From Diplonema japonicum (lineage: Eukaryota; Protista; Euglenozoa: Diplonemea), in the NCBI GenBank assembly GCA_964019335.1, contig OZ025708.1:1-64000 (forward strand): a stretch of DNA of 64,000 nt, read 5' to 3'. The notes beneath the pieces are model-generated. The model saw nothing but the letters and a program-made list of their open reading frames with translations, did no database searches and was not told the origin of the DNA. The position numbers and the translations under genes are program-made. This document shows, piece by piece, positions 1-9,422 of this stretch. How positions within the stretch are numbered: the stretch's first letter is position 1; each line of letters opens with the position of its first letter.

Positions 1-762
1 GTAACTGGACTGTGCTTCTGCCAGAGACGTCCTCTGTCTCTGCAGTTCCTCTCTCTGCGCGGTGATCTCCTGTCTCTGCGCCGAGAGTTCGGCCCTCTGC
101 GCCGCAACTTCTTGATGCAGATTCTGCATCTGGGCTACCATATCTGGCGAGATTGTTGCCTGTTGTTGCTGTTGTTGGGGGGGCTCCTGTGTGTTTTTTT
201 GGGGTGTGGCGGTCCTCTTCCTCCACTCTTCTACTGCCTTGCAGTAGAGCTGCCACCCTACCGACCGGCCGTAGAATTCCAGAAATTCTTCTGGGCTGTA
301 CCTGTCTTGGTGGACTTTTGTTCTTTTTTTTTTTTTCTTCCCCCTTCCTGACCACTTCTTCCCTCCTGCAGCCCTGGACTCCAGGGGGTCGGCCACCTTT
401 ATCGCCGGCAGGACTTCTGCCGTGGCGCCGTTCACCTTGATGCAGGTGTGGTGGGGGGGGGTGCGTGCGGTGTAGAGGAGGAAGGACGCGCCTTCCGTCG
501 TCAGGATGACGACCTTCTCGGTCTGCTCTGAGACCGTTGCTGCGAGAATCGCAGCTGCGCCCTTCTCCTCCACTCCCTTCGGCAGCGGACCGATGATCCA
601 GTTGCCCTTCCGCACCTCGTCCTTTTTCTCCTTCTTCTTCTCTTCTTCTTCTTCGAATACCAGATTTAACTCTGGCATCGCCGCGGCATCTTCGTCCACC
701 TGCATCTGCAGGCTGTCCAGTGGGGGCCTCGTGGAGGCGTCCGCGCTGGTCTGCTGATCCAT
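1..762 (-). CDS. ORF1 (5' part, runs off the window) of non-LTR retrotransposon family Z
   Basis: ATG at 762 (MDQQTSADASTRPPL, resembling family A ORF1 MSDKQKEAGTSTRSPL). Contains RYSPEEFLEFYGRSVGWQLYCKA. A coiled-coil-like Q/E-rich part follows a probable homopolymer frameshift near 195. Second partial copy at 52090-52472. Confidence 0.65.
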   Translation of the reverse strand, partial: MDQQTSADASTRPPLDSLQMQVDEDAAAMPELNLVFEEEEEKKKEKKDEVRKGNWIIGPLPKGVEEKGAAAILAATVSEQTEKVVILTTEGASFLLYTARTPPHHTCIKVNGATAEVLPAIKVADPLESRAAGGKKWSGRGKKKKKRTKVHQDRYSPEEFLEFYGRSVGWQLYCKAVEEWRKRTATPQKNTQEPPQQQQQQATISPDMVAQMQNLHQEVAAQRAELSAQRQEITAQREELQRQRTSLAEAQSSY

Positions 763-816
763 TTTTATAAATTTTTATTAAAATTTATTATGTGATAGTG
801 TATCAGACCCCCCACC

Positions 817-851
817 CAATAAAGTACAGAAACTGTAGCTTTAGAATCGTT

Positions 852-855
<4 letters not shown>
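817..855 (-). other. Retrocopied 39-nt spliced-leader (SL) exon, diplonemid type
   Basis: Minus strand reads AACCAACGATTCTAAAGCTACAGTTTCTGTACTTTATTG (39 nt). It has the euglenozoan SL core CAGTTTCTGTAC and is fused to the 5' UTR of element Z. Confidence 0.92.
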
Positions 856-889
<34 letters not shown>

Positions 890-1708
890 TTGTTCCACTG
901 CCAGTGGGGGAGACAAAAGGTGGAGAGAAGATAAAGAGGTTTGAAACATCAAAAGTCTGTGTTGCACAGGGTGACATAATTGTGCCTGGCAAATCACAGG
1001 GTGAAGCAAGACGGTATTCAGTAAGGGGAGTGTGTGTATACTTCCTTTCAGATATTCCATTGTTCCATTCTTTCTTGGTCAAAATCTTCTCCTTTTGTAT
1101 CGCCTATGGCGCAGTCAGTCTGCCTCTTGCCCCCCTAGTACATTCCTTCGACTGTCCTGCCCATGGCCACCTTTTTTCCTTTCCCCTGGTAGCGCATCCC
1201 CCTCAATAGGAAGGATCGTCTTAAGGATTTCGGGGCGACTCTTGCCTTCGACCGGCCCCGAGCCGTCCCCATGCCGGTTTTTGTTTGTCGTTGGGGCTTG
1301 AATAGTTTTTCTTTCTTTCTGTTGTTTATTTATATAGTTTTTTTTTCTTTTTTTTTTTTCTTTTTAATTTTTATTTTTTTTTTCTTTTCAATACACTGTA
1401 CCGTCTTAAAAGGAGGGAGGGGTTTTTTGGCAGGGAACGAAAATACACTAGGGGAGGGGAGTGAAGGGAGGATTGTTCGAAGCACTATTTATTCCTTTTT
1501 TTCTTTTTTCTTTTTTATTTTTTTTTTTTCTCTCATTCATTTCATTTCTTTTCTTTTTTCCTTACTCAACACCTTACTTGTCTCGCTCATGAGCCTAATG
1601 CTTTTAATAGAGGAAACTCTACCATCCCACGTAAATTAAAATTTATCTTTCAAAAAATGTTTTATAAAAATGTTTTAAAAATGTCTTAATTTATCTCATG
1701 GTCACCCC

Positions 1709-4700
1709 CTACAGCAAGCCAATCTCTTTCAAGAAAGACTCAACTCTAGGGGATTCATCGGTCAGGAGTTCGGTGATGGAGTGCGAACCCAGGTGCCTCG
1801 CCCTCTCCACCTCGGTCCCCCTGCACTCACTCAGAAGATGCGTGAGGTTTTGCACCTCTCCACAGAAAGTGCATTTCACGTCCACCTCCCTCGCCCCTTC
1901 GCGTCTCAGGTATCCCCTGGTGAGCTCGGACTGGCCAGCACGGAGCCTCATTACCTGTATCTCACCCCTTCTCGAGGCCAAGCCTCTCAAAGAGTGAAAT
2001 CGGCCTCCAGTACGTTCTCTGTATGCCTTGTCCTTCCCACTGTCCTCCCACAGTTCCCTCCACTCTTTGTAGATCATTCTCTTAACGTAGGACTTTGTTG
2101 TTCTGTAGTCCGTCAGAGAATAGTGAGTGCCAGCCGTTGTGTGTTCCTTAGCAGCCTTAGAAGCAGCCTCATCCGCTCTCTCGTTGCCCTCGACACCTAC
2201 GTGGGCAGGGATGTACTGTATCGTCACCGACAGATTTCTGTCATTCAGTATCCTGATATGCTGCCAGATGAATACCTCGTCACAGTAGGTTGCTGACTGA
2301 GGGCCTTTTTGTAGGCTCAGGATCAGTGATTGAGAATCAGTGAGCAGTATTAAAGGGATGGTCTTTTTCGTCCGGATGACTTTCTTCGTCGCCACTGCCG
2401 CACCTCTCAAGCCCAGCAGCAATGCTTTGGTTTCCGCTCTGAAAGAGCTGCAGTACTCACCTGCAGACCCCTTTACCACTTCCTCTTTTCCCCTCACCCT
2501 CATCACTGCTGCCGCTCCCCCTCTCCTGTTGTTGGGCGAGGAGCCGTCGGTGTAAATCCTCATGGAATCCTTCGGGAGTGCTGCGATCGTCCTCAGCGCC
2601 ACTTCTAGCCTTTTTTCCTTCGGGTCCGAGCGTCTGCTGTCTTCGATCAGATAGGGTCTCAGATCCAACATCAGGTCACGCCAGGGGGGGATCATGTGGT
2701 CTGCTTTAATGGGCGATGGGCCTACCGGGGTGCATTCCCTCTGCGGAGGGTCCAGGTTCTTTGCATCCCTCCTCATCCTCCCTGCCCAGGTGTCCTCGTC
2801 GAGCTCCTCAGCATGTGCAGCAACACACCCCACTGTGTTGGACTTCCGTATGCATTCCTCGTACAACAGCAGGGTGTCCGTCTTGACTACTGTGTCCAAT
2901 TGTTGTAGTCCTGCCTCTACCACTGCTATATGTTTGGAGATCTTCCCAGGGAGCCCTGTGATAAATCTCGCCGCCGTTTCATGTAGTTCGTTCAGGTCGT
3001 CAAAAAGGTCCTTCCGCAGCGACTTGCCGTAGACCCCCAGGCCGTATCTTGTCAGTGGGAACACGTACGTTAGGTAGATCGCTCTGAGCATGTCCCTTCT
3101 CAACCCACCCTTCTTGCTGGACAGTCTGTACAAGTATCCCAAGCGCCTACGCGTCTTGTTTTTGACTTCACCCACGTGAGCCTCGAAGGACGCGTTAGCG
3201 TCTAGCGTGACCCCCAGGTACTTCGCCTTGTCTACCTGTTTCAATCCTGTCCCGTCTCCGAAAGATACCTTCAGTTTCCTCGAGACTCCGTTGCAAAGGA
3301 TGTTCGATTTTTCGGGTGCCAGCTGCATCGACCACCTCTCAGCCCACTGTTCCACCAAGTCAACAATCAGTTGTGCCTTTTTCTCGACCTCCTTGTCCTT
3401 CTTGCCTTCGACCACGACCATGATGTCATCTGCATACGTGCAAGCACGAATGCCTCGTTCTTCTAGCACTCTGGTCAGGTCATCCACATAGATGGTAAAG
3501 AGTAGGGGTGCCAGGACAGTTCCTTGAGGGACTCCCCCCTTAAACTCCCTGGAGACCCCATGCGTGCCTTCCACCTCCACCGCCACTTTTCTCTTGCTGA
3601 GGTAGCTCTTTACCCATCTTGTGTATTCTTCGGGATATCCGTTATTCTCCATCTTTGCTATGAGTCCCTCATGCCACACCGTGTCGAAGGCCCCCTTAAG
3701 GTCCAGAAAGAGCAGACCTCCCCTTTTCCCCGTGTTGTTGTATTTGAAACCCTGTAGAGTTTTCGCAGCGAAGAGTATGTTCTCTGTGGTTGATCGGCCT
3801 CTCATGAAGCCGGATTGTGTCCAGTGTGGTGGGGTTACCTTCCTGGTCTCTTGAAGGTAGACCATCCTGCTTCTCACCACCCTCTCCATGGCTTTCGCGA
3901 TGTTGCTCGTCAGGGATATGGGCCTGTAGGAGTCGGCTCTGCTCGGGTCTTTGTTGGGTTTCCTGAGTGGTCTGATTGTTGTTCTCTTCCACTCCGACGG
4001 GACCTTCCCTTCCTTCCAAGAGAGATTGAAGAGATGTTTCAGAACTTCCACTCCTTTTGGCCCCATTTTTTTGAGATATTCGTTGTAGATGCCGTCGGGT
4101 CCCGGGGCTTTTCGTTTCTTTAGCTTCGCGATCTCGCCCAGCACCTCACTCGTCGTGACTGCTTCTGCTTGTTCTTGCTGGGTCTCTCTCTTCACCTCGT
4201 TTTTTAGGGATTCCAGAGCTTCTCTAGAGGATTGTCCTATTTTCGGTGTACATTTTGCTGCGTAGTGTTCGCACAAGGCTGTTGCTTTCGCCTTGTTACT
4301 TGCGTATCTTGTACCGTTCTCCCTGAGAACCGAGACTCCGGGTTTCGTTGCACTCCCGTCAAGCTGCCTTATGAAAGCGAAAGTGTCTTTGGACGTTTTC
4401 TTCCTTCCCAGTTCATCCAGGAAATCTTCGTCCCTCTTTTGTTTAGAGGCTTGTATTAACTCCCTTGTCTCTTTCTGGAGTAACCTCACCTCCGCTAAGG
4501 CAACCGGATCGTCCTCGCCCTTGCTTACGTACTCCCTTAGTTTGGTGTTCCTTTCCTTTACCTTGCTGTCTATCTCAGGAGTCCACCACGCCTTAGCAGG
4601 TTTCGGCCCTTTTCTAGGTATGCTCTCCCTAGAAGCTGCCATGAGCAGGTCGATGAGTCCCTTACTCACCACCTCCACGTCCTTGCTCTTTAGAAGGCAT

Positions 4701-6010
4701 GATGTCCTCTCTTCTACGATAGTCCTGAATTTGCCCCAGTCAGCTTTTTCCCATACCAGCTTCTGGGGCGGTTTTTTCCTTCCTTCCTTTTGTTGCTGTC
4801 CCACTTCCCATTCGTAGAACATGGGAAAGTGGTCGGAACCTATTGAGTCCAGTACCCTCCACGAGCCTGGGTCATACCCCGCGTCCGTTATCATTATGTC
4901 GGTCGTGGTGAAGGTTCCTCTCGTTGAGAAGTGTGTGGGGCACTTTGGTCTGTTGAGTGGCAGCATGTTCGTCCTGACCATCCATTTCTCCAGTTCACCG
5001 CCCTTCAGGTCACTGTTCTTAGCGGTACTGTCCCACATGTCAGAGTGCGCGTTGAAATCACCCGATATCAGCACATCCTGACCAGAAGGGAGATTGGAGA
5101 CTGCCAAGTCGCCTTTGACTTTCGTGGACGATGGGGGGCGGTAGATGTTGACCAAGAGCAGTTTTCTTGTTTCGGTGAGTTGTACGGATACGTCCAGTCT
5201 TTCCGTCCTGTCATCACGTTCTCCTATGAACGTCTGCTCAGCATCCAGGTCTCTCCTGACCGCCGTCACCAGACCACCTCCCCTCTTCACCTCCCCGTCC
5301 TCGTTTAGCACCACCCTGTCTCTCCTGAACAGGTTGAAGCCCGGTAGTTCGATTTCATCCTCGGTTCTTAGCCATGATTCCTGTATCATAACCACATCAA
5401 GCTCGAGTTCTTCTATACTTTTCTCGAGCTCCACCATTTTCCCTCTCACCGAGTGTGCATTCACCGACAACACTCTCAGCTTCGGGTTGCGTGGCTGATC
5501 AGTCTTTATTTTCATGTTAGGACCGGGGTTACTCTCGACGTCTCCGCAGCTTAGGATATCCATTCCATGTGGTCCTGTTCCTCCTCGTCGTCTGTTCGTG
5601 CTTTTGCTTGACTTACCGTATTGGTCACCCCCACACCCCGGGTTTCGGATGAAGGGTCGTACTACTTGGGGGGGGCCGGCCATAACTGACCTATCATCGC
5701 CGCCACTAACGCCTTGTCTCGCTTGGACACCCCCGTTCGGGGCCGGCCAGGATTTAGCCGCGTGTTGTAGCCAAGTAGTACCACGTCCTCGTCTTCGCTT
5801 TCTTCTTCCTTGCTTTCCGCCGTTGTTTTGTTCTCTTCGTTTATTGTTCACTCTTTTGTTTGTGGGGTTGCCTTTTCTTTTTCCCCTTTCTTGGGCTTTG
5901 GCTTTTTTTTTTTTTAAAATCTTTTTTTTGCCCTTTTCTTTTAAGTTCTTTTGGTTGATGCGACACTTTCTTTTTTTTTTAATCTTTTTATTTAGTTTTC
6001 TGACCTTCAC
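1709..6010 (-). CDS. Family A ORF2: 2A-like peptide, APE endonuclease, reverse transcriptase, RNase H, C-terminal Cys/His motif
   Basis: Motifs DVESNPGP, SGDFNAH, GSDHFP, LDLKGAFD, GVPQG, YADD, YLGV, YTDGS, TDSQS, GNERAD, CTFC..HLLSEC. The Lys-rich N-terminus is A-rich spacer; the real start is probably near 5563-5630. Confidence 0.93.
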   Translation of the reverse strand: MKVRKLNKKIKKKRKCRINQKNLKEKGKKKILKKKKAKAQERGKRKGNPTNKRVNNKRREQNNGGKQGRRKRRRGRGTTWLQHAAKSWPAPNGGVQARQGVSGGDDRSVMAGPPQVVRPFIRNPGCGGDQYGKSSKSTNRRRGGTGPHGMDILSCGDVESNPGPNMKIKTDQPRNPKLRVLSVNAHSVRGKMVELEKSIEELELDVVMIQESWLRTEDEIELPGFNLFRRDRVVLNEDGEVKRGGGLVTAVRRDLDAEQTFIGERDDRTERLDVSVQLTETRKLLLVNIYRPPSSTKVKGDLAVSNLPSGQDVLISGDFNAHSDMWDSTAKNSDLKGGELEKWMVRTNMLPLNRPKCPTHFSTRGTFTTTDIMITDAGYDPGSWRVLDSIGSDHFPMFYEWEVGQQQKEGRKKPPQKLVWEKADWGKFRTIVEERTSCLLKSKDVEVVSKGLIDLLMAASRESIPRKGPKPAKAWWTPEIDSKVKERNTKLREYVSKGEDDPVALAEVRLLQKETRELIQASKQKRDEDFLDELGRKKTSKDTFAFIRQLDGSATKPGVSVLRENGTRYASNKAKATALCEHYAAKCTPKIGQSSREALESLKNEVKRETQQEQAEAVTTSEVLGEIAKLKKRKAPGPDGIYNEYLKKMGPKGVEVLKHLFNLSWKEGKVPSEWKRTTIRPLRKPNKDPSRADSYRPISLTSNIAKAMERVVRSRMVYLQETRKVTPPHWTQSGFMRGRSTTENILFAAKTLQGFKYNNTGKRGGLLFLDLKGAFDTVWHEGLIAKMENNGYPEEYTRWVKSYLSKRKVAVEVEGTHGVSREFKGGVPQGTVLAPLLFTIYVDDLTRVLEERGIRACTYADDIMVVVEGKKDKEVEKKAQLIVDLVEQWAERWSMQLAPEKSNILCNGVSRKLKVSFGDGTGLKQVDKAKYLGVTLDANASFEAHVGEVKNKTRRRLGYLYRLSSKKGGLRRDMLRAIYLTYVFPLTRYGLGVYGKSLRKDLFDDLNELHETAARFITGLPGKISKHIAVVEAGLQQLDTVVKTDTLLLYEECIRKSNTVGCVAAHAEELDEDTWAGRMRRDAKNLDPPQRECTPVGPSPIKADHMIPPWRDLMLDLRPYLIEDSRRSDPKEKRLEVALRTIAALPKDSMRIYTDGSSPNNRRGGAAAVMRVRGKEEVVKGSAGEYCSSFRAETKALLLGLRGAAVATKKVIRTKKTIPLILLTDSQSLILSLQKGPQSATYCDEVFIWQHIRILNDRNLSVTIQYIPAHVGVEGNERADEAASKAAKEHTTAGTHYSLTDYRTTKSYVKRMIYKEWRELWEDSGKDKAYRERTGGRFHSLRGLASRRGEIQVMRLRAGQSELTRGYLRREGAREVDVKCTFCGEVQNLTHLLSECRGTEVERARHLGSHSITELLTDESPRVESFLKEIGLL
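5614..5781 (-). promoter_or_regulatory. Conserved structured RNA in the ORF1-ORF2 spacer (IRES-like candidate)
   Basis: Homologous to 49410-49581. Compensatory closing stem GTACTACTTGG/CCAAGTAGTAC versus GTACGACTTGG/CCAAGTCGTAC. Confidence 0.65.
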
Positions 6011-6027
6011 TAAAATCAGGTCTTTCG

Positions 6028-7122
6028 TTAATGAGAGACTTTCTTCTTGGCGTTCAGGGGGGCTGACGGGTTTGAATGAGAGGGAGTAGTGGCCATGGTG
6101 GCTTGGCGCGAGGTCGCGTTTCCCACCTTTCTCACAGGTGTGGAGGGGAGTTCAGTTTGGGTGGGTGAGTAGTCGATGCCGGACTGAGATTCGTCCGGTC
6201 TCTCGTGGCAGTGCGGTGGTGGCTCGGGGCTTGACTCTTCTTCTTCCTCCATCCTATTGCCTCCTGTTGTCAGGAGGAGGAGGATTTTATTATACTGGCT
6301 CGCACCAGTCTCCGTCAGCCTCCTCTCCATGGCCACCAGCCGCTCCGTCTGCACTGTCGCCATTCTCTCGATGGCTTGTGCCAGGTTACCAACCTGACCT
6401 TCGACCGCTTCCACCTTACCCTGTACCTTCCCCATCTCCTCTTCCTGGGTCTCCATTCTTGACTCCAGGTGCCTCAACATCATTTCCTCTTCCTCCCCCT
6501 TCTCTTCCTTCTCCGCTAGTTTCCTCTCCATCACCTCCAGTCTCTCCATCAGCGCCTTCAGCTGCTCCCCGCTTTCTCCGTCTGTCGCCTTTTTTTCTTC
6601 CTTATCCTTCTTTCTCTTTTCCTTTTTCTCTTCCTCTTTCTGTTTTATGTCCCTGTCCCTGACACCAGCCGCACACCACAGTTCCCACCAGACACTGTTT
6701 CCGAAGAACCTACGGAACTCTATCGCCGTAGCCTTCCTCTTTGTCTTGCCCCCCGGCAAGGACCTCCTGTAGTCCAGCAGACCCCCCGTTTGCACAAGGA
6801 GGTGCACAGTCTGCTCGATCTCACCCAGCTTCACTTCCAACTTCACAGAGGGGGGAGGGGCTTCAGCTCTGATGGCACCAATGGTGCCGTCAAACCTTAA
6901 AAGCTTCCCCCATCTGATCTCGCTGAGAATTGAAGCTAGCTGCGACCAGCTACAGGATGGGGACACAGCTACGTCTACATAGAGGCATTTAGTTCTTGTC
7001 GTTGGGGTCGGTGGCGTGGGGTCAAGTGTCAGGGTTATCGGGGGCTGGTCTTCGCCGGCGCCTTTCGCGCCGCCCAGTGGGGACCTCGTGGAGGTGCCAG
7101 CTTCCTTCTGCTTATCAGACAT
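6028..7122 (-). CDS. Family A ORF1 (coiled-coil, 364 aa)
   Basis: ATG-initiated ORF upstream of ORF2 with an E/K-rich heptad region and the motif EFRRFFGNSVWWELW. Confidence 0.8.
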   Translation of the reverse strand: MSDKQKEAGTSTRSPLGGAKGAGEDQPPITLTLDPTPPTPTTRTKCLYVDVAVSPSCSWSQLASILSEIRWGKLLRFDGTIGAIRAEAPPPSVKLEVKLGEIEQTVHLLVQTGGLLDYRRSLPGGKTKRKATAIEFRRFFGNSVWWELWCAAGVRDRDIKQKEEEKKEKRKKDKEEKKATDGESGEQLKALMERLEVMERKLAEKEEKGEEEEMMLRHLESRMETQEEEMGKVQGKVEAVEGQVGNLAQAIERMATVQTERLVAMERRLTETGASQYNKILLLLTTGGNRMEEEEESSPEPPPHCHERPDESQSGIDYSPTQTELPSTPVRKVGNATSRQATMATTPSHSNPSAPLNAKKKVSH

Positions 7123-7166
7123 TTCTTTTTTTTTTTTTTATTGTCGTGTAAGCGTTCCCACCTAAA

Positions 7167-9394
7167 TTTTTTTTTTTTTTTTTTTTTTTTTCAAAATACC
7201 AATGCAGGGCCGCCATGGAGAGCAACACCTGAGAAAAGGGAAAAAAGGTGAAGGGAAACCATGGGGAAATAGGGAGGGCAAAGGACCAGGCTTCTGCAAG
7301 CAGGAGGAGCCCTGGTCCCCCACCAACCCGTGCTCTGCTTTGGGACAGCCGAAGAGGGCTGAATTACATTATTCCCTCAGTCAAGTGAGAGAAAAACGGG
7401 GGCCTACCTTCCAGCTGGATGTCCTTCTTTGGCTGGAACCTCCGGCGGAAAGCCCCCCAGGGAGGTATTGCTCCTATTGAGCGAATCATTGGTGAGTGTG
7501 AAAAAAAGGGGAAATGGGAAACAGTGAGAGGAAGGGGAAGGAAGGGAAAGGAAAGTGGGAAACACAACATTTCATTTTACACACACACGCGGGGCGATCC
7601 CTTAGCGCAGCACGGGGGCCGCGGGACCGGCGTCAAGAGAGACCGGAGGAGGGGGCGGCACGTTTGAAGGTGCAGTGACGTCTGTAGACGCCAGGGATGA
7701 TGGCGAGGTGAACAGTCCGGAGCGTGACCAGGCGAGCAGGCCAGACTCAACAACGAGGTCGTAGATCTGGGTCACGCGTCTCGACAGGGAGAAGGCTAGG
7801 GAGGGAGTACCAGCAGGAGTGTCGATCGCCCCCCTCCCGATCACAGGGCACCCACCGACAACATGCTCCCTGGACATCGGTGCTGCGTGGCAGGCTGGGC
7901 ACCGGAGCACACCCTTGTGCTTCCTGTTCGGGCCAGCAGTCTGCAGGAAGCCGAAGAAGAGAGCCGAGTGACCAATCCGCAGCCGCGAGATGACCGTTTC
8001 AGCTTGTCTGGGGAAGCCAAGGGGGAAGTGCGCGGACCGAAGCTCGGTCGCCACCGCGTAGTTGTGGGCGAGGGATGTTATGAGCTCCGCGGACCTCCGC
8101 ACCACCCACCGTCGCACCAGGGCCCTCACTGATCGGTAGTCAAGGGAGGGCCTGTCCTGCTTCCGCTTCGTTCCCTCCACGGCCAGAGCGTCAGCCTTCT
8201 CGTTCCCGTCCACCCCACAGTGGGAGGGCACAAACTGGAGGACCACCGGTGTCCCCTGCGTGCGCGCCGCGGACACCAGCCGGCTCCACGTCTGGTGGTC
8301 GAGCTTCTCCCTCTGTCGCGTTGGGCCAGCTCGCAGCTGCTCGACGAGGGAGAGGGAGTCGGTGCAGATCGACAGCGGGGACTTCGCCAGCGAAGGGTGT
8401 GTTTTTCGGAGGGTAGCCACCATATCCAGCGCCGTTTTCACAGCCATGCCCTCTGCCCGAAAAGATGAACAGAAGTCGTTGACGCCATGGCACACAGACA
8501 CAGGGGTCAGGGGGGGAGGCAGCTGCAGATAAACCCCAGAGCCACCTTTCGCCTTCTGTCCGACCTGTACAACCGAGCCATCCGTGTAGGCATGGATGCC
8601 CGGGGGGAGAGCCGCAAGAGCAGCCTCGGCCGCCTTCCGCCTGTCCGCGTCTGGCGACGATCGCGTGACCCCGCCGGGGAGGTCAGTCCTGAAGTCGACC
8701 ATGCCTGTCTGCCACGGGGCCGCCAGGGGCGTAGCCGACGGGTACTCGAAGTGCACCTTTGGTTCCAACCCGCATCGACGCAGTGCTTGGTAGCCAGAGC
8801 GCAGCCACCCACACCCCAGCCTGTTCGCCTGCTTCAGCTTGACCGTCTCCCTGTGAACCGGGGAAGATTGCCAGCAGAAGGCCTTCGCCGTCATCGTCGC
8901 CGCAGCACCCTCCGCCATTCTTTCGAGGGGAAGCAGTCCTGCCTCAGCTAGGAGCTTGTACCCTCCGGAGCCACTCCAGCAGCCCGTGATCAGCACCGCC
9001 GCCTCCTGGTGAAGCCCAGCCAGGTCCTTCCTCCCGACATCATCGAGCCTGCTGTAGTAGACCCCCATGCAGTAGCGCAGCAGCGGGAGGATGTACGTAA
9101 CGTAGAGAGACCGCAGAGTGTCCCTCTTGCTGCCCCAGGACGTGCCAGACAAGAGCTTTAGCACCCTCAGCCTTTTGCTGGCCCGCCGTAGGATGTCCTG
9201 TGCGTGTTCACCGAACGTGAGCCCAGAGTCCACCGTAACCCCAAGGTACCTCGCGTGTTCAGACAGAGGCAGGGGACGGGCCGCAACGTAATACACGTCG
9301 GGCCGTCGCACGGCTGCATGCATGTCCCGCACGCAGCGGATCCGCACACCACCCGCCTCCACAACCTGAAGGCCCGCCAGCTCCTGGTCCCCGG
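7167..9394 (-). mobile_element. 5'-truncated family B LINE (RT end and RNase H in 7602-9394, 3' UTR, poly(A))
   Basis: Near-identical to the 3' part of the full-length copy at 19664-27293. Confidence 0.92.
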
Positions 9395-9422
9395 CTTAAG
9401 AGCTACGAGAGGCTTTCTTTCA

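Larger units (their letters stand above)
856..7166 (-). mobile_element. Full-length Ingi/I-like LINE, family A
   Basis: ORF1, A-rich spacer, open APE-RT-RNase H ORF2, about 820-nt 3' UTR and poly(A) (T-run 856-887). Confidence 0.92.

Noticed and set aside
780-855. SL RNA gene or SLACS/CRE target site
   Set aside because: The exon is followed by GGTGGG and the element Z 5' UTR rather than a GT-starting SL intron. It is unsplit, and no restriction-like endonuclease element adjoins it.
5670-5750. HDV-like ribozyme suggested by GGCCGGC
   Set aside because: No P3/L3, P1.1 or J4/2 arrangement could be fitted.
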